64,000 nucleotides of DNA from Eledone cirrhosa (GCA_964016885.1 OZ024748.1:16616001-16680000), one strand, 5' to 3'. Counted from the first letter of the stretch, positions 26,981 to 41,560 are shown. Numbers and translations are program-made. The notes: generated by a model not told the origin, from the letters alone.

Positions 26981-28075
26981 CTGTTTGTGTGTGTGTGTAT
27001 GTGTGTGTGTGTGCGTCTGTTTGTGTGTGTGTGTATGTGTGTGTGTGCGTCTGTTTGTGTGTGTGCATGTAAGTTCCTGGAGTTAGTATTGACAATTTTT
27101 TTTAATGAAGTAGTTTTCTTTGGTTATCTATATTCTGAAAAAAAATCTAGAGATATTTTTTTTTCACTCTTCCATTGAAGAACTGAAGATGGTTCCAGAG
27201 AGAATCTTTTAGAGAGAAGTAATCATCACATCTGCTTATCTTCCTTATTTTAACTTTTGATTTCAAACTTCAAACTATTCAGATAAGTGTGTGTGTGTGT
27301 GTGTGTGTGTGTGCCTGTGTGTGTCAGCTTGTGTGAGTGTGTATATATATGTGTGTATGACTGTGTTAAATGTGCGTGTTTCTCAGTGTGTGTTTGTGTA
27401 TGTGAGAGTGCATACATGGGTATATTTAAGATATATGTGTGCGTGAGTGCATATGTGGGTATATGTGCATGTGAGTGCATATGTGGATATATATATGTGT
27501 GTGTATGTGTGTGTGCGTGCGTGCGTGCGTGCGTGTGTCTTGTTTGTGTGCGTGTGTGCAGCCTTCAAACATCAATTGAAATGTCACTTACTCCTATACC
27601 TATGTGAGAAACCAAGAATCTCCCTCTCATTCTCCCACCCAGTCACTCTCTCTCTCTTTCATTCTCCCCCCTCTCTCTCATCTCCTCCCCTCTCATCTCC
27701 CACCCCGTCACTCTCTCTCTCTCTCTTTCATTCTCCCACCCAGTCACTCTCTCTCATTCATTCTCCCACCCATTCACTCTCCCACCCTCTCTCTCATCTC
27801 CCCCCTCTCTCTCATCTCCCACCCACTCCCTCATGCCCCCCTCTCCCTCATCTCCCCCATCCCCCCTCTCTCTCATCTCCCCCCCTCTCTCTCATCTCCC
27901 ACCCAAACTCTCACCTCCCCCCTCTCTCATCTTCCACCCTCTCTCTCATCTCCCCCCTCTCTCTCATCTTCCACCCTCTCTCTCATCTCCCCCCTCTCTC
28001 TCATCTTCCACCCTCTCTCTCATCTCCCACCCACTCTCTCATCTCCCCCCTCTCTCTCTCCCACCCAAACTCCCG
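26117..28075. repeat. (GT)n/(GCGT)n tracts and CT-rich (CTCTCTCATCTCCCC)n tract
   Basis: Seen directly. Confidence 0.95.
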
Positions 28076-28387
28076 TCATTGTTCATCAGACATAAAATGC
28101 CACACCATGGAAATTCTGTTCACAATTTAATTTAAATATGTCAAATAAACCTGCAAAATAATCAACTCTGAATCTATTTACTCACACACAGGTGCACATA
28201 CACACAGGTGCACACACACACAGGTGCACATACACACAGGTGCACATACACACAGGTGCACATACACACAGGTGCACGTACACACAAACGTGTACGTACA
28301 CACATTCACATCCTCACTCACAATAACACAGCTATACACATACATTAACATATACAAGAATATGTAGTTTATGCATAGAATGCCTGC

Positions 28388-28437
<50 letters not shown>

Positions 28438-29158
28438 CACACATATATACACACTACCCGCGCTAGATAGATAGATATACATACACACACACACATATAT
28501 ACACACACACATATATACATACACACACATATCCATACACACACATACAGATATATACATATATATATTTATACACAAACACACACACTACCCGCACTAG
28601 ATAGATATACATACACACACACACACATATATGCACACATACACACACACATATACATACACACACATACAGATATATACATATATATATTTATACACAC
28701 ACACACACACACTACCCGCACTGGATATACATACACACACACACATATACACACACACACATACATACACACACATATACATACACACACACACATATAT
28801 ATATATACATATATATATTTATACACACACACACATATATATCTACGTATATATAATGGTGTGTGTGTATAAGAGTAAATAATGTATTTAATCAGAATTT
28901 CTTCTGTGCTCTAACAATGACTTGAACAGTTTACAGCTTAGAGTATAATCTAACATTTTAATCATTCAAATAAAAAAAGGAAGCAATATAAAATATATAA
29001 CAAATATAAATAAAAAATATATATAAAAAAAATACATTCTGTAAATTTTTTTTTTTGTTAATATTTCTTAGTAAAAAATAAAAAATAAAACAAAGTATAG
29101 ATAGACCCAGCAAAAAAACCCCCAAAATAACAATAATGATAATAACAACAATAATGAC

Positions 29159-29190
<32 letters not shown>

Positions 29191-29349
29191 TAACAATAAT
29201 GGCCAGGAAGACACTCAGCAAGAAATGGAAACAAAACTGAAGGAAAAGGAAAAACAATAATAAAATAATAATAGTAATAATAATAATAATAACAACAATA
29301 ATATAAAAAATAATAGTAATAATAATAATAATAATAATAATGGTTTCCC

Positions 29350-29384
<35 letters not shown>

Positions 29385-29751
29385 CAATATTTTAAGAAAT
29401 GAGCGGAAAAAATAAGATCCCGAAAGAAAACAGAGTAAATTTAAAAAATAAATAGAATACTCCACATGAGATTAGAAATTAATTGGAAATAATCTAGTCA
29501 GGAAATTTCTCGGCTAATTTTTCAATAGATTTTGTCACGTTTCATGGAAAAATAAGTTATATATATTTTAGTTTTCCAAGTTCTTTTCAAAAATAAATTC
29601 TCAATGTTATTTTTTTTTGTTTTTTTTTTTGTGCTGAGGAGAGTTGTCTTTCATTGAACCGATTTCCTTATAGACCGTCACACCGTGTAACCTCTTCAGT
29701 GTAATAACTCTCTTAATCCACTGCTATATCATAATTATTGTCATCATCATC

Positions 29752-31905
29752 ACCACCGTTACCACCACCGTTACCACCACCGTTACCACCACCGTTACCA
29801 CCACCGTTACCTCCACCGTTACCACCACCGTTACCACCACCGTTACCTCCACCGTTACCACCACCGTTACCACCACCGTTACCTCCACTGTTACCATCAC
29901 CGTTACCACCACCGTTACCACCACCGTTACCACCACCGTTACCACCACCGTTACCACCACCGTTACCACCACCACCACTGCTATCATCACCGTTACCACC
30001 ACCACCGTTACCACCACCGTTACCTCCACCGTTACCTCCACCGTTACCACCACCGTTACCACCACCGTTACCACCACCGTTACCACCACCGTTACCTCCA
30101 CCGTTACCACCACCGTTACCACCACCGTTACCACCACCGTTACCTCCACCGTTACCTCCACCGTTACCACCACCGTTACCACCACCGTTACCACCACCGT
30201 TACCCCCACCGTTACCCCCACCGTTACCTCCACCGTTACCACCACCGTTATCACCACCACCGTTACCACCACCGTTACCACCACCGTTACCACCACCGTT
30301 ACCTCCACCGTTACCTCCACCGTTACCACCACCGTTATCACCACCGTTACCACCACCGTTACCACCACCGTTATCACCACCGTTACCTCCACCGTTACCA
30401 CCACCGTTACCACCACCGTTACCTCCACCGTTACCACCACCGTTATCACCACCGTTACCACCACCGTTACCACCACCGTTATCACCACCGTTACCCCCAC
30501 CGTTACCTCCACCGTTACCACCACCGTTATCACCACCGTTACCACCACCGTTACCACCACTGTTACCTCCACCGTCACCACCATTGTTACCTCCACCGTT
30601 ACCTCCACCGTCACCACCATTGTTACCTCCACCGTCACCACCACGTTACCACCACCGTCACCACCATTGTTACCTCCGCCGTTACCACCACCGTTACCAC
30701 CACCGTTACCTCCACCGTCACCACCATTGTTACCTCCACCGTTACCTCCACCGTTACCTCCACCGTCACCACCACCGTCACCTCCACCCTCACCACCACC
30801 GTTACCACCACCGTTACCACCACCGTTACCACCACCGTTACCACCACCGTTACCACCACCGTTACCTCCACCGTCACCACCACCTTTACCACCACCGTTA
30901 CCACCACCTTTACCTCCGTTACAACCACCGTTAACACCACCGTCACCTCCACCTTTACCACCACCGTTACCACCACCGTTACCTCCACCGTTACCACCAC
31001 CGTTACCACCACCGTTACCTCCACCGTTACCACCACCGTTACCTCCACCGTTACCTCCACCGTTACCACCACCGTTACCACCATTGTTACCTCCACAGTC
31101 ACCACCACCGTTACCTCCACCGTTACCACCACCGTTACCTCCACCGTTACCTCCACCGTTACCACCACCGTTACCACCATTGTTACCTCCACCGTCACCA
31201 CCACCGTCACCACCACCGTTACCACCACCGTTACCTCCACCGTTACCACCATTGTTACCACCACCGTTACCTCCACCGTTACCACCATTGATACCTCCAC
31301 CGTTACCACCACCGTTACCACCACCGTTACCACCACCGTCACCACCACCGTTACCTCCACCGTTACCTCCACCGTTACCTCCACCGTTACCTCCACCGTC
31401 ACCACCACCGTCACCACCACCGTTACCTCCACCGTCACCACCACCGTTACCACCACCGTTACCTCCACCGTCACCACCACCGTCACCACCACCGTTACCT
31501 CCACCGTTACCACCACCGTTACCACCACCGTTACCTCCACCGTTACCACCACCGTCACCACCACCGTTACCTCCACCGTTACCTCCACCGTTACCACCAC
31601 CGTTACCACCATTGTTACCTCCACCGTCACCACCACCGTCACCACCACCGTTACCACCTGCGTTACCTCCACCGTTACCACCATTGTTACCACCACCGTT
31701 ACCTCCACCGTTACCACCATTGTTACCTCCACCGTTACCACCACCGTTACCTCCACCGTCACCACCACCGTTACCTCCACCGTTACCACCACCGTTACCA
31801 CCACCGTTACCACCACCGTCACCACCACCGTTACCACCACCGTTACCACCACCGTTACCACCACCGTTACCTCCACCGTTACCTCCACCGTTACTACCAC
31901 CGTTA
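29752..31905. repeat. 2.15-kb 12-bp minisatellite (ACCACCACCGTT/ACCTCCACCGTT)n
   Basis: Seen directly. The poly-Pro and poly-VT ORFs are by-products. Confidence 0.97.
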
Positions 31906-32054
31906 TCATCATCGTTTAACGTCTATCTTCCACGCTAGCATGGGTTGGACGGTTTTGTCCTACTTGAGGCAAGATTGGTCAGGAACCCGTTTCTCACTCA
32001 TACAGAATTATCTCTGGCAGGTTTTCTATGGGTGAATGCCCTTTCTAACACTAA

Positions 32055-32810
32055 CCACTTTTACAGTGTGGACTGGGATCCTTTTTACTGTGTCTCCCAC
32101 ACGACCACTTTTACAGTGTGGACTGGGATCCTTTTTACTGTGTCTCCCACACGACCACTTTTACAGTGTGGACTGGGATCCTTTTTACTGTGTCTCCTAC
32201 ATGACCACTTTTTACAGTGTGGACTGGGATCCTTTTTACTGTGTCTCCTACATGACCACTTTTTACAGTGTGGACTGGGATCCTTTTTACTGTGTCTCCT
32301 ACATGACCACTTTTTACAGTGTGGACTGGGATCCTTTTTACTGTGTCTCCTACATGACCACTTTTTACAGTGTGGACTGGGATCCTTTTTACTGTGTCTC
32401 CTACACGACCACTTTACAGTCTGGACTGGGAGCTTTTTTACTGTGTCTCCTACACAACCACTTTACAGTCTGGACTGGGATCCTTTTTACTGTGTCTCCT
32501 ACACGACCACTTTACAGTCTGGACTGGGAGCTTTTTTACTGTGTCTCCTACACAACCACTTTACAGTCTGGACTGGGAGCCTTTTTACTGTGTCTCCTAC
32601 ACGACCACTTTACAGTCTGGACTGGGAGCCTTTTTACTGTGTCTCCTACACGACCACTTTACAGTCTGGACTGGGAGCCTTTTTACCGTGTCTCCTACAC
32701 AACCACCACTTTACAGTCTGGACTGGGAGCCATTTTACCATGTCTCCTACACAACCACTTTACAGTCTGGACTGGGTGTTTTTGTTGTGTCTCCTACACA
32801 ACCACTTTAC
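32055..32810. repeat. ~50-bp minisatellite (~15 copies) derived from the RTE 3'UTR subrepeat
   Basis: Unit CCACTTTTACAGTGTGGACTGGGATCCTTTTTACTGTGTCTCCTACACGA, homologous to about 55720-55820 and 5075-5160. Confidence 0.92.
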
Positions 32811-33003
32811 ACCCTCGTGAAAAATAACAGAAATCATTATTCATCATCATCATCTCATCACTATTTACATCCATTTTCAATGATGTCTTGAGTTGGACAG
32901 AGGTGTGAGGATGTTACGTTGAGAGACTAAACAGGTCATATGCCCCCTTCTTGCTGGCTTCTATTATTGGATGGATGTCCTTCTTAATGGTGACCCCTTA
33001 ACC

Positions 33004-33512
33004 TGTACAGGGTGCAGTTTATTGTGGCACTGGCTCTACCCCTTTATTGGATGTACAGGGTGCACTTTATTGTGGCACTGGTACTACCATTTTATAGCAT
33101 GTACAGGGTGCACTTTGTGGCATTGGCATGACCACTATAGCATATACAGGGTGCACTTTATTGTGGCACTGGTGCTACCACTTTATAACGTAGGGCCAAC
33201 AGCATTTTATTGTAGCACTGGTACTACCACTATAGCATGTACAGGGTCCAGTTTATTGTAGCACTGGTACTATTACTATAGCATGTACAGGGTGCAGTTT
33301 ATTGTAGTACTGGTACTATTAATATAGCATGTACAGGGTGCAGTGTATTGTGGCACTGTTACTACCACTATAGCATCTACAGAGTGCACTTTATTGTGAC
33401 ACTGGAACTACCACTATATAACATTTACAGGTTGCAGTTTATTAAGTCACAAGCACTAACATTCAAGAGAGTGGACTAAGAGCATTTTATCATGACACCA
33501 GAACTACCACTT
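33004..33512. repeat. 46-48-bp diverged minisatellite (~10 copies) in an older RTE-like tail
   Basis: Unit TGTACAGGGTGCACTTTATTGTGGCACTGGTACTACCACTATAGCA, preceded by GGATGTCCTTCTTAATG. Confidence 0.85.
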
Positions 33513-34430
33513 TTATTACAGCTGTAAGTTCAAATCCAACTGAGGTGAGCTTACAGGGTTGGTAAAATAAAGTACTAAACTTTCCTCTTTTCAAAATTGT
33601 TGGCCTTGTGCCTAAATTAAATACCATTATGATCATCATCATCATGAACTGACAAAAATAACACACATGAACTTAGATTTAAATAGATTTTGTAAAAAGA
33701 AGTATATTGTGCATTTTATCTTTGCAGCTTTTCATTAACATCCTACTCATGTTTTTTTTTTTTAAGAAATTTAAAAAATAAAAACAAATAAGAGATATAT
33801 AAAGAACTATGTAATGATGCTATACATATCAAAATATTTAAGTAAATAAATAAATATATATGAAATTAAAATAACTGAGATAAGCATTTCCATCTGCTTG
33901 ATTCAAATGCTCAATTTTCATTTTATAATTCTATTTTTTTTTTTTTTGTCATCGTAGATAAAGGTATAGATTTTAGCAGCTGTTGCAATTTCACCCTTTT
34001 TATAGACCCCACCCCACCACCACCACCACAAAAAGGACAAGAAAGGAGTCAATCTTCAGAGCAAACAAAAAAAAAAAACTGTGTTTCCATTGATCCTCCC
34101 ATGTTTTAATATCTGCCTGTCACAAATTCCTGGCAGGAAATAGGCAGGATTTGAGCTCAATATATACAGAGTTATATTAGATATTGCAAAGAATCATCCT
34201 TCTTATTCTTTAATAATCTCACCTATCCTGCACCACCACCCCTGGATTGCTATTTTATTCATCAATGCCAAAAAGTTGACAAGAAAAGTTCATCTTGGCA
34301 GGATTTTAACTCAAAGTGACCTTAGCAGCATTTGAATTTTGAGCAGACAGCTGGAACAAATACAACAAAATATGCTATCCAACGTCAAACTTCTAAGAAC
34401 TCTTGCTTTGCTGTCTTAAACCTTCATTAT

Positions 34431-34652
34431 TTAACCCTTTAGCATTTGCATTATTCTATACATACTATTGTATTTTCACAGTAAAGATTTCAAAAATCTT
34501 ACATAATTATCTCACATAATATCAAATTTATGAGATTTTGATATTTATTTATGAGTGATATTTATTTATGAGTGGCCAGTTATAACCAGTTTGAACAGAA
34601 GATGTGAGAGAATTCTGGCCGGATATGGCCGGTTTAAATGCTAAAGGGTTAA
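34431..34652. mobile_element. piggyBac-type MITE (~215 bp) with TTAA TSD
   Basis: TTAA|CCCTTTAGCATTT...AAATGCTAAAGGG|TTAA. Confidence 0.85.
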
Positions 34653-34859
34653 ACCAGCTGAAACAGCCAGAATTATCACACCTTGTTCTGTTCAAACCAG
34701 CCATAACTGCTGTTCATCCAACATTAAGGTACTGTTCTCAAAATAAATTATATCAAAATCTCACATATTCGATATTATGTGAGATAATTATGTGATATAA
34801 AACCTTTACCATAAAAATACAATAGTATATATAGAGTAATGTAAATGCTAAAAGGTTAA
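34649..34859. mobile_element. Second copy of the same piggyBac MITE in opposite orientation (host of the nested copy)
   Basis: Reverse-complement homologue of 34435-34648 ending AATGCTAAAAGG|TTAA. A degenerate left end lies at about 34416-34430. Confidence 0.7.
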
Positions 34860-35644
34860 GCAATGTTACCAAGAAACAGTGATATTAAGTGAAAAATTGA
34901 CTCATTTACATACATAATACTTAGGATAGAACCTACATCATTAGTCTTAAATATCTTACACATATTGGATGTGGATGATGATGCTGATGATGATGGTGGT
35001 GGTGAAGGAGATGATGATGGTGGTGGTGGTGGTGGTGGTGAGTGATTATAATGATGAACAAGATGATGGTGATGATGATTAAGAAGGAGATGATGATGAT
35101 GAAGATGCTGAAGAAATTGATAATGGTGATGATGATGATGATGATGATGATCTGGATAATGATGATGATGATCTTGATGATCATCATGATGCTAATGATA
35201 ATCATCAGCATGATGATCAGAATGCTAATGATGATGATCAGGATGCTGATGATGCTAAAACCTCTCTCATTGTATACAAGTTGAAAGATAAGATTGCAGA
35301 TTTAATTGGTTTGTGAAATTTCTGGCCAAATCATTCTGATATATATTGTAACATTTTAATGATTTTATTATGATATCTCCGAGGAATTGCATCAAGCCAT
35401 CGTAATATTTACACTTAGTTAACACATACAACTGTTATTTCGAACATAATTCTCAAACAATTACATCAAACAAGATCATTTAAAATGGCACTGATCAAAG
35501 AAAGAAGGAAGATTGCTGGAATGTTATATATATATAATATATAAAATATATATATAATATAATATATAAAATATATATATGATATATAAAATATATATAT
35601 ATATATAACATATATATATTAATATATAAAATATATGTATAATA

Positions 35645-36629
35645 TCTGTATATATATAAAATTAAGTATGTGTGTGTGTGTGTGTCTGTCTGTGTATTAC
35701 CTATAGAGGCCAACATCTTATGACCGATTTTCATGAAACTTTACAGGCTCATAGATTAGTTATCGGGGAGTGTTTTCGAAATATTAGCGTATCGTTTTTT
35801 TATTCCGGGGTCATTCTGCAGATAAAAATCGATAGGGGGGGGTCACCTCTTTTTAGGTATCAAAAAATAAAATCTTTGGTTCTAGCTCCCACATTTCGTT
35901 CAAATTTTAAAGCAAAATAGAATTTATCATTGCACATCCTGTAATGGCTTTATATTTTGCATTTGTTGTTCAGGGATGGCGTGGCAGCCGCTAAAATATT
36001 AAAAAATTTCCACTTTTTCAGCTCTAGCTCCCACATTAATTAACCGACTTTGTTCAAATTTTACAATACGCTAGATCTGATTATTTCATGTCTTAAAGTG
36101 GTTTTACATTTTGGATTTTTTGTTCAGAAACGGCATGGCAGCCGCTTAAATATTCGAAAATACTACCTTTTCGCTCAAATTTCAGCTTTTTTGGCTCTAG
36201 CTCCCACATTTTTCAACCGATTTCGTTCAAATTCGAAACTTCGGCTCCACCTCACACATAAATCAATTTATTTGGTTCAACTTTTATACTACGATAGAAC
36301 TTATCATTGCACATCTTATAGATGGTTAAAGGCAAAACGATGGCCACCGACGTCGTCTGAGCTTTTAGCTGTGTATTTTAGAATTCATCGGTTTCCAATC
36401 AAGTAGCGTCAGGAAATTTGGCTTAGTGTTAGAGGTCATTACCTCCCTCCCCCAGCATGCTCCTTCGTCAGTCACCTGCATTTCTCAGTAATAGAGGTCA
36501 TCACCACTCTCCCCCACATGGCCTGTGTGTGGCCATAGATGAGTCATCGAGAAGCAGTCGCTAAGATCAACACCTTTTCATCAACGCAGATATTTTATCT
36601 ACCCAGGCAACGTTGGGTACTGCTGCTCG
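35645..36629 (+). mobile_element. Non-autonomous Helitron with internal GT microsatellite and subrepeats
   Basis: A|TCTGTATATATATAAAA start and ACCCAGGCAACGTTGGGT hairpin-ACTGCTG-CTCG|T end (mutated CTAG). TCTAGCTCCCACATT occurs three times internally (about 35881, 36023, 36196). Confidence 0.7.
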
Positions 36630-36648
36630 TAATATATAAAATATATAT

Positions 36649-36690
<42 letters not shown>

Positions 36691-37447
36691 ACATATATAT
36701 ACTATATATTTTATATAATATATTATATATATATTTATAATATATATATATAATATAATATATAAAATATATATATATATGTATAAAATATATATATGAG
36801 ATATATATATGTGTGTGTGTATGTATATATACACACACACACATACACATATGTAGCATATATATTTGTAGTATGTATATATTAGAGAGGTAGAGGATCA
36901 ACTTCATGCTCAGGCAGTTTTGACTAGTAACGTCTCTCCGACTCTGTACTACAGACATTCTCTCTCTAAATAGGTACACAAAACTAGTTGAAGTGAATCA
37001 TTACAGCTTAAGTCGTTTCTTACTCACTCAAAGATATAATAAAGTTTGTATTGTTAGAAATACAAACCTATTACTTAGAATGCAGACATACGTTAATCAG
37101 TAAGTTAAATGACTACACATGGGTGTTGATATTAGTATATCAAATATACTTGGTGTGATCCATCAGTTTCAGTACTCCAGTGTGTCAATAATAGTTCCAA
37201 CTGAAAACAACACTATTCACAGAAGTTAGGTAATATCAACAAACATTACGTAATTTAATTCAGAGTTCTTCCTCGGCAGGTGTTAACTATGTATATACAT
37301 ACATCAGTTCTGATGATGAGTGTTCCAGCTGTTCAAACAACAGGACAGCCTGCTCCTGAAATGTATGTGTAAATGGCTGAGCATTCAACTTAACATAGTT
37401 CTCAGAGAAATTTAGCATGATGCATTGTGCAATGTCAATCCTTTGAA

Positions 37448-37675
37448 TTACCCCTCTAGTATTCACATTATTCTATATATACTTTTATATTTTCATGGTA
37501 AAGGCTTTACCTCACATAATTATCTCACATAATATCGAATCTATGAGATTTTGTAAGTATTTATTTTGAGAACAATACCTTAACATCAGTTTGAGCAACC
37601 AGTTACAGCCAGTTTCAACAGAAAGAGGTAGAGAATTCTGGCCAGTTTTGGCCGGTTTGAACATTAAAGGGTTAA
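37448..37675. mobile_element. piggyBac-type MITE (same family, diverged)
   Basis: Shares CACATAATTATCTCACATAATATC and the ...TAAAGGG|TTAA end with the 34431 copy. Confidence 0.7.
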
Positions 37676-37714
37676 AGGTAAAAACCAATGAAACTACCTT
37701 CTTATGAAGTTAAC

Positions 37715-38090
37715 CTGTCGCTGAGTGGTAAGGGTGTTGGACTTACGATCATAATGTCATAGGTTCAGTTCCTGGATTGGGTTGTGTGTTGTATTCTTGA
37801 GCAAAACACTTCATTTCATGTTGCTCCAGTATACTCAGTTGAAAATGAGTACCAGCAATAGTTGGAGGTTTAAGCCTGCAATAGACTGGCACCCTGTACA
37901 CAGGGAAATCTTGTACTCTCAATCGCTTACCATGGAAACTGGGATAAGCATCAGCTTGATGAGCTTCAGGTTTGATAGACTTTAAATCTGTGTGGGTTGG
38001 TGTCCTGTCCAGGGGGAGTCTTGTACTCTCAGTCGCTTAATGCCACAAACATCAGTTTGATGAGCCTCAGTTTGAGAAAGACTTTAGACA
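37715..38090 (+). mobile_element. tRNA-derived SINE family A with duplicated 3' part
   Basis: Same head and core. The 3' segment TCTTGTACTCTC...GACTTTA occurs twice. Confidence 0.8.
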
Positions 38091-38302
38091 TTTTTAGGCT
38101 AAATATTCTACAGACTTAAGGAGATTTGGCGTGACATAACACCCCTAAAATTCAGGTACAACTCGTTTTTTCCAGCTGTGTGGATTGGAATAATGTGAAA
38201 TAAAGTATCTTGCTCAAAGACACAATGTCACAAAGAATTTACACCCACAATCTGACAATTGTTTGACAAGCATGCTAACCACTAAGCCACTTGCCTTCAC
38301 AT

Positions 38303-38387
<85 letters not shown>

Positions 38388-38398
38388 GAGAGAGACAT

Positions 38399-38430
<32 letters not shown>

Positions 38431-38564
38431 TCTGTTATGCTGATACCAAGGAGACCACTAATCATGGGAGTACTCAATGCATGGAGATATGCAGGGTGGG
38501 TATAGAGACATGTATAGATATCACAGAAGCCAAAACCACTTGGTACCAGTTAGGATTTTACATA

Positions 38565-38605
<41 letters not shown>

Positions 38606-39944
38606 CTAAAGAATAATATCTAAAGAAAATAGCACAGACCACACAGATCAGTGAATGGTATAACTCTGTATTCAGCTAATAAAATGGAAATCACAGTTAC
38701 AACAAAGATCAAAAGAGATGTAACTCTACCATACCAAACTGGAACCATATTAGTAGAAAGTTTTAACAAAGAGAATCAATATATAGCATATCTATTCTAA
38801 TTATAGATGTCTGCAAATAGCTGCTAGGGCAAGGGTTAATTCATTTATATGAAGAGAAAGAGAAAGTTTAGTATTAAATGTCATTTAGGTTTCTAGGATT
38901 GTATGTATTGTTTTGATATCATAATTCAATAGGTCGCAGTTTTCATCCTCATATTGGATCAATGGAAATTAGTACCAGTCACATAATGGGGTAAATTTAA
39001 TGCACTGTTACATTCTCTGAAGATTTATGGAGCAGAACCTATATCAGAAATTATTATTTTTATTATTATCATTAATCGAAAGGTTGTGAGTTCAATTCTC
39101 AGACCGGGTAATGTGTTGTTTCCTTGAGCAAGAGACTTTATTTCACATTGCTTCAGTTTACTCAGCTGTAGAAATGAGATGATAGGGACTGGGGTCCCTG
39201 TCATTCCACTGCAAAGTGGTCGTGGAGGTGCCACGGCAAAAAAGCACCCAGCACTCACTGTAAATGAGGTTGGTGTTAGGAAGGGCATCCAGCTGTAGAA
39301 ATCATGCCAGAATCAGTTCCCGTCCCACCCTTGCAAGCAGGGAAAAGCGGACGTAAAATGAAATGAAGGGAGGTGGAATGGCAGTAGTCAGTAGAGGGTC
39401 AGACAACATGCTTTGCTGCATATAGTTACATCTTTTTATATTCTAAGTTCAAATCCCACCTAGGTTAGCTTTGCCTTTTATCCTTATGGGGGTTGATAAT
39501 ATAAAGTACCAGAAATGCACTGGGATCGATTTTATCGACTTTCCCTTCTGCCGAAATTGATGGCCTAGTGCCTAAATCAGAAACTATTATTATACATCTT
39601 TAGGGTGATGGATTGGTAGTATCGGTTGAGCATTGGACATCATGCTTTACAACATAGTTATGTCCCTTTATGTTCTGAGTTCAAATCCTGCTGAGGTTAA
39701 CTTTACCTTTCATCCATACAAGGTCACTGAAGTACTAGTTCTAACGACTCTGCCAATTTGTTGCCTTTATACATATATACATATACATGTAATTAATTTG
39801 TTAATGTCTTCACAGTAATGTCTGCAAATGACTCCAGTTGTGCTATGTACAAATGGGATTCCCAGCACGTTACTTAAATATCATGGTGTCATTCCTTAAA
39901 TTTGCAGCCCTTTCTCTGCACAGCATTTTAGCTATATGATGTTA

Positions 39945-40292
39945 TCTATATACTACTAAAACTCTGTGATTGTGTGCTTGTCTGTAATTTAATACACCCA
40001 AAACGGTGCATAATGGGAAAATATTTTGAAAGAAAATTACCTTTGAAATGGGAATACAAATGGAATAAAACAAGTTTCGCTTAAATCGGAACACGGATTC
40101 CCGAGATATGGGTTTTTCCAGGTACCTTCATAGAGAGAAAGATAGAGAAAGATATAGTGGTTGTGAGAGAGTAGATTGAAAGAGAGACATGTCTGTGTGT
40201 AATTTAATTATTTAAAAATTATTTTTAAGTAAACATGATATTTAAAAAATAATTTTAAGTGAATGTGACCCAATGGGTCACAGGTGTTCTAG
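39945..40292 (+). mobile_element. Non-autonomous Helitron
   Basis: A|TCTATATACTACTAAAA start, perfect hairpin GTGACCC-AAT-GGGTCAC (40265-40281), end CTAG|T. Confidence 0.75.
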
Positions 40293-40782
40293 TTATATCA
40301 ATAATTATATGCTCTTGTCATTATAAATCTTGGAGACTAACACCAGGCTTATGAGGTGCTATCAGTATACTAACATTCCATAGTAGTTCTACATTACCAT
40401 TTTCTAAAAAGTAGCAAAGTGACAATGCCGACACTTTGAATTACAGGTACAATTCATGTTATTTTGTTATATTTTCATTTCATTTTGAGTTGACTGGAGT
40501 AATGTGAAATAAATTGTCTTGCCTAAAGAGACAATGCATCAATGGGAATTAAACTCACATAGCTTTCATGTCGAACTATAAGAACCAACAAGAGACATCA
40601 CTATAATGCGTGTTTTGTAGAAAGGTCTTTATTCATGACTAATATAGTTTTACCGTTAGTTTTCTGGATGCTAGTTGTAAATGCCAGTTTTTAAATGCTA
40701 GAGTTGTTTCCTTTTCTCCCATTGCATTATGGGAATCACTGGTGCAGTCAACAATCATAACCTTTTGCTGCATGCTCTACAC

Positions 40783-40988
40783 CAGGCATGTGAAACATGA
40801 GCCATACGGGCCTCATGAGGCTCTTTACAAGCACACCTGCAGCCTGCACAAAGTTTTTACAGTGCAAGCATGTTTTATCTTCGTAATATAAAATAAAAAA
40901 ATTAATTGTAATGTGCGCACTTAGTTGTCATGCATGGCCCTTAGACAACACATGTGTGACCCATGTGGCCCTCAGTTTCACATGTCTA
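40783..40988. mobile_element. hAT/Charlie-like MITE
   Basis: TIRs CAGGCATGTGAAAC / GTTTCACATGTCTA with GGCCC-rich subtermini. TSD is not clear. Confidence 0.5.
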
Positions 40989-41419
40989 CACTCACGACCT
41001 TAAAATTCAGAGCCAAACACTTTAACTATCAAGCTACATACCATAACATATAGGGCAATAATTGTGTTGCAAAGAATATTATTAATGTGAGAAAATGTGA
41101 TTTGATTCATTAAATGTGTAAGTTTATTGCAGGTTATTTATGAAAGGATCTGCTTTGCTTTGAAATTTTTGAAAAGAAAAAAAAAAATCAGGCTACAGAG
41201 AAAGAATATTGGATTCGAGTGTTTAAAGAACAAGTTTAAGTTTGAATCTTCATATATTTTTAAAGAAAAAATGAAGTTTCTTTCTGCTGTAAATTAATTT
41301 CCAAATTATTGTAGTTTCTATGAGTTTGTTTAAATGTACATTTGTTCACTTTTCTATTTATGTTCCAGTTGGTATGTGAGTGTGTAAACATACATTGCAC
41401 TTTTCACTCTCTGCCTTTC

Positions 41420-41529
41420 ATATATACACATACATATGTGTGTGTGTGTATATATATATATATACATTTATATATATACATACATACACATGTATGTATA
41501 TATATATATACATATATATATATACATAC

Positions 41530-41560
<31 letters not shown>

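Noticed and set aside
29724-31938. Poly-proline (extensin/formin-like) and poly-VT ORFs
   Set aside because: A 12-bp minisatellite open in several frames on both strands, with no flanking coding context.
31945-32891. 291-aa and 263-aa repetitive ORFs; CRISPR-like periodicity
   Set aside because: A 50-bp tandem repeat from a LINE 3'UTR with no unique spacers, no cas genes and a eukaryotic context.
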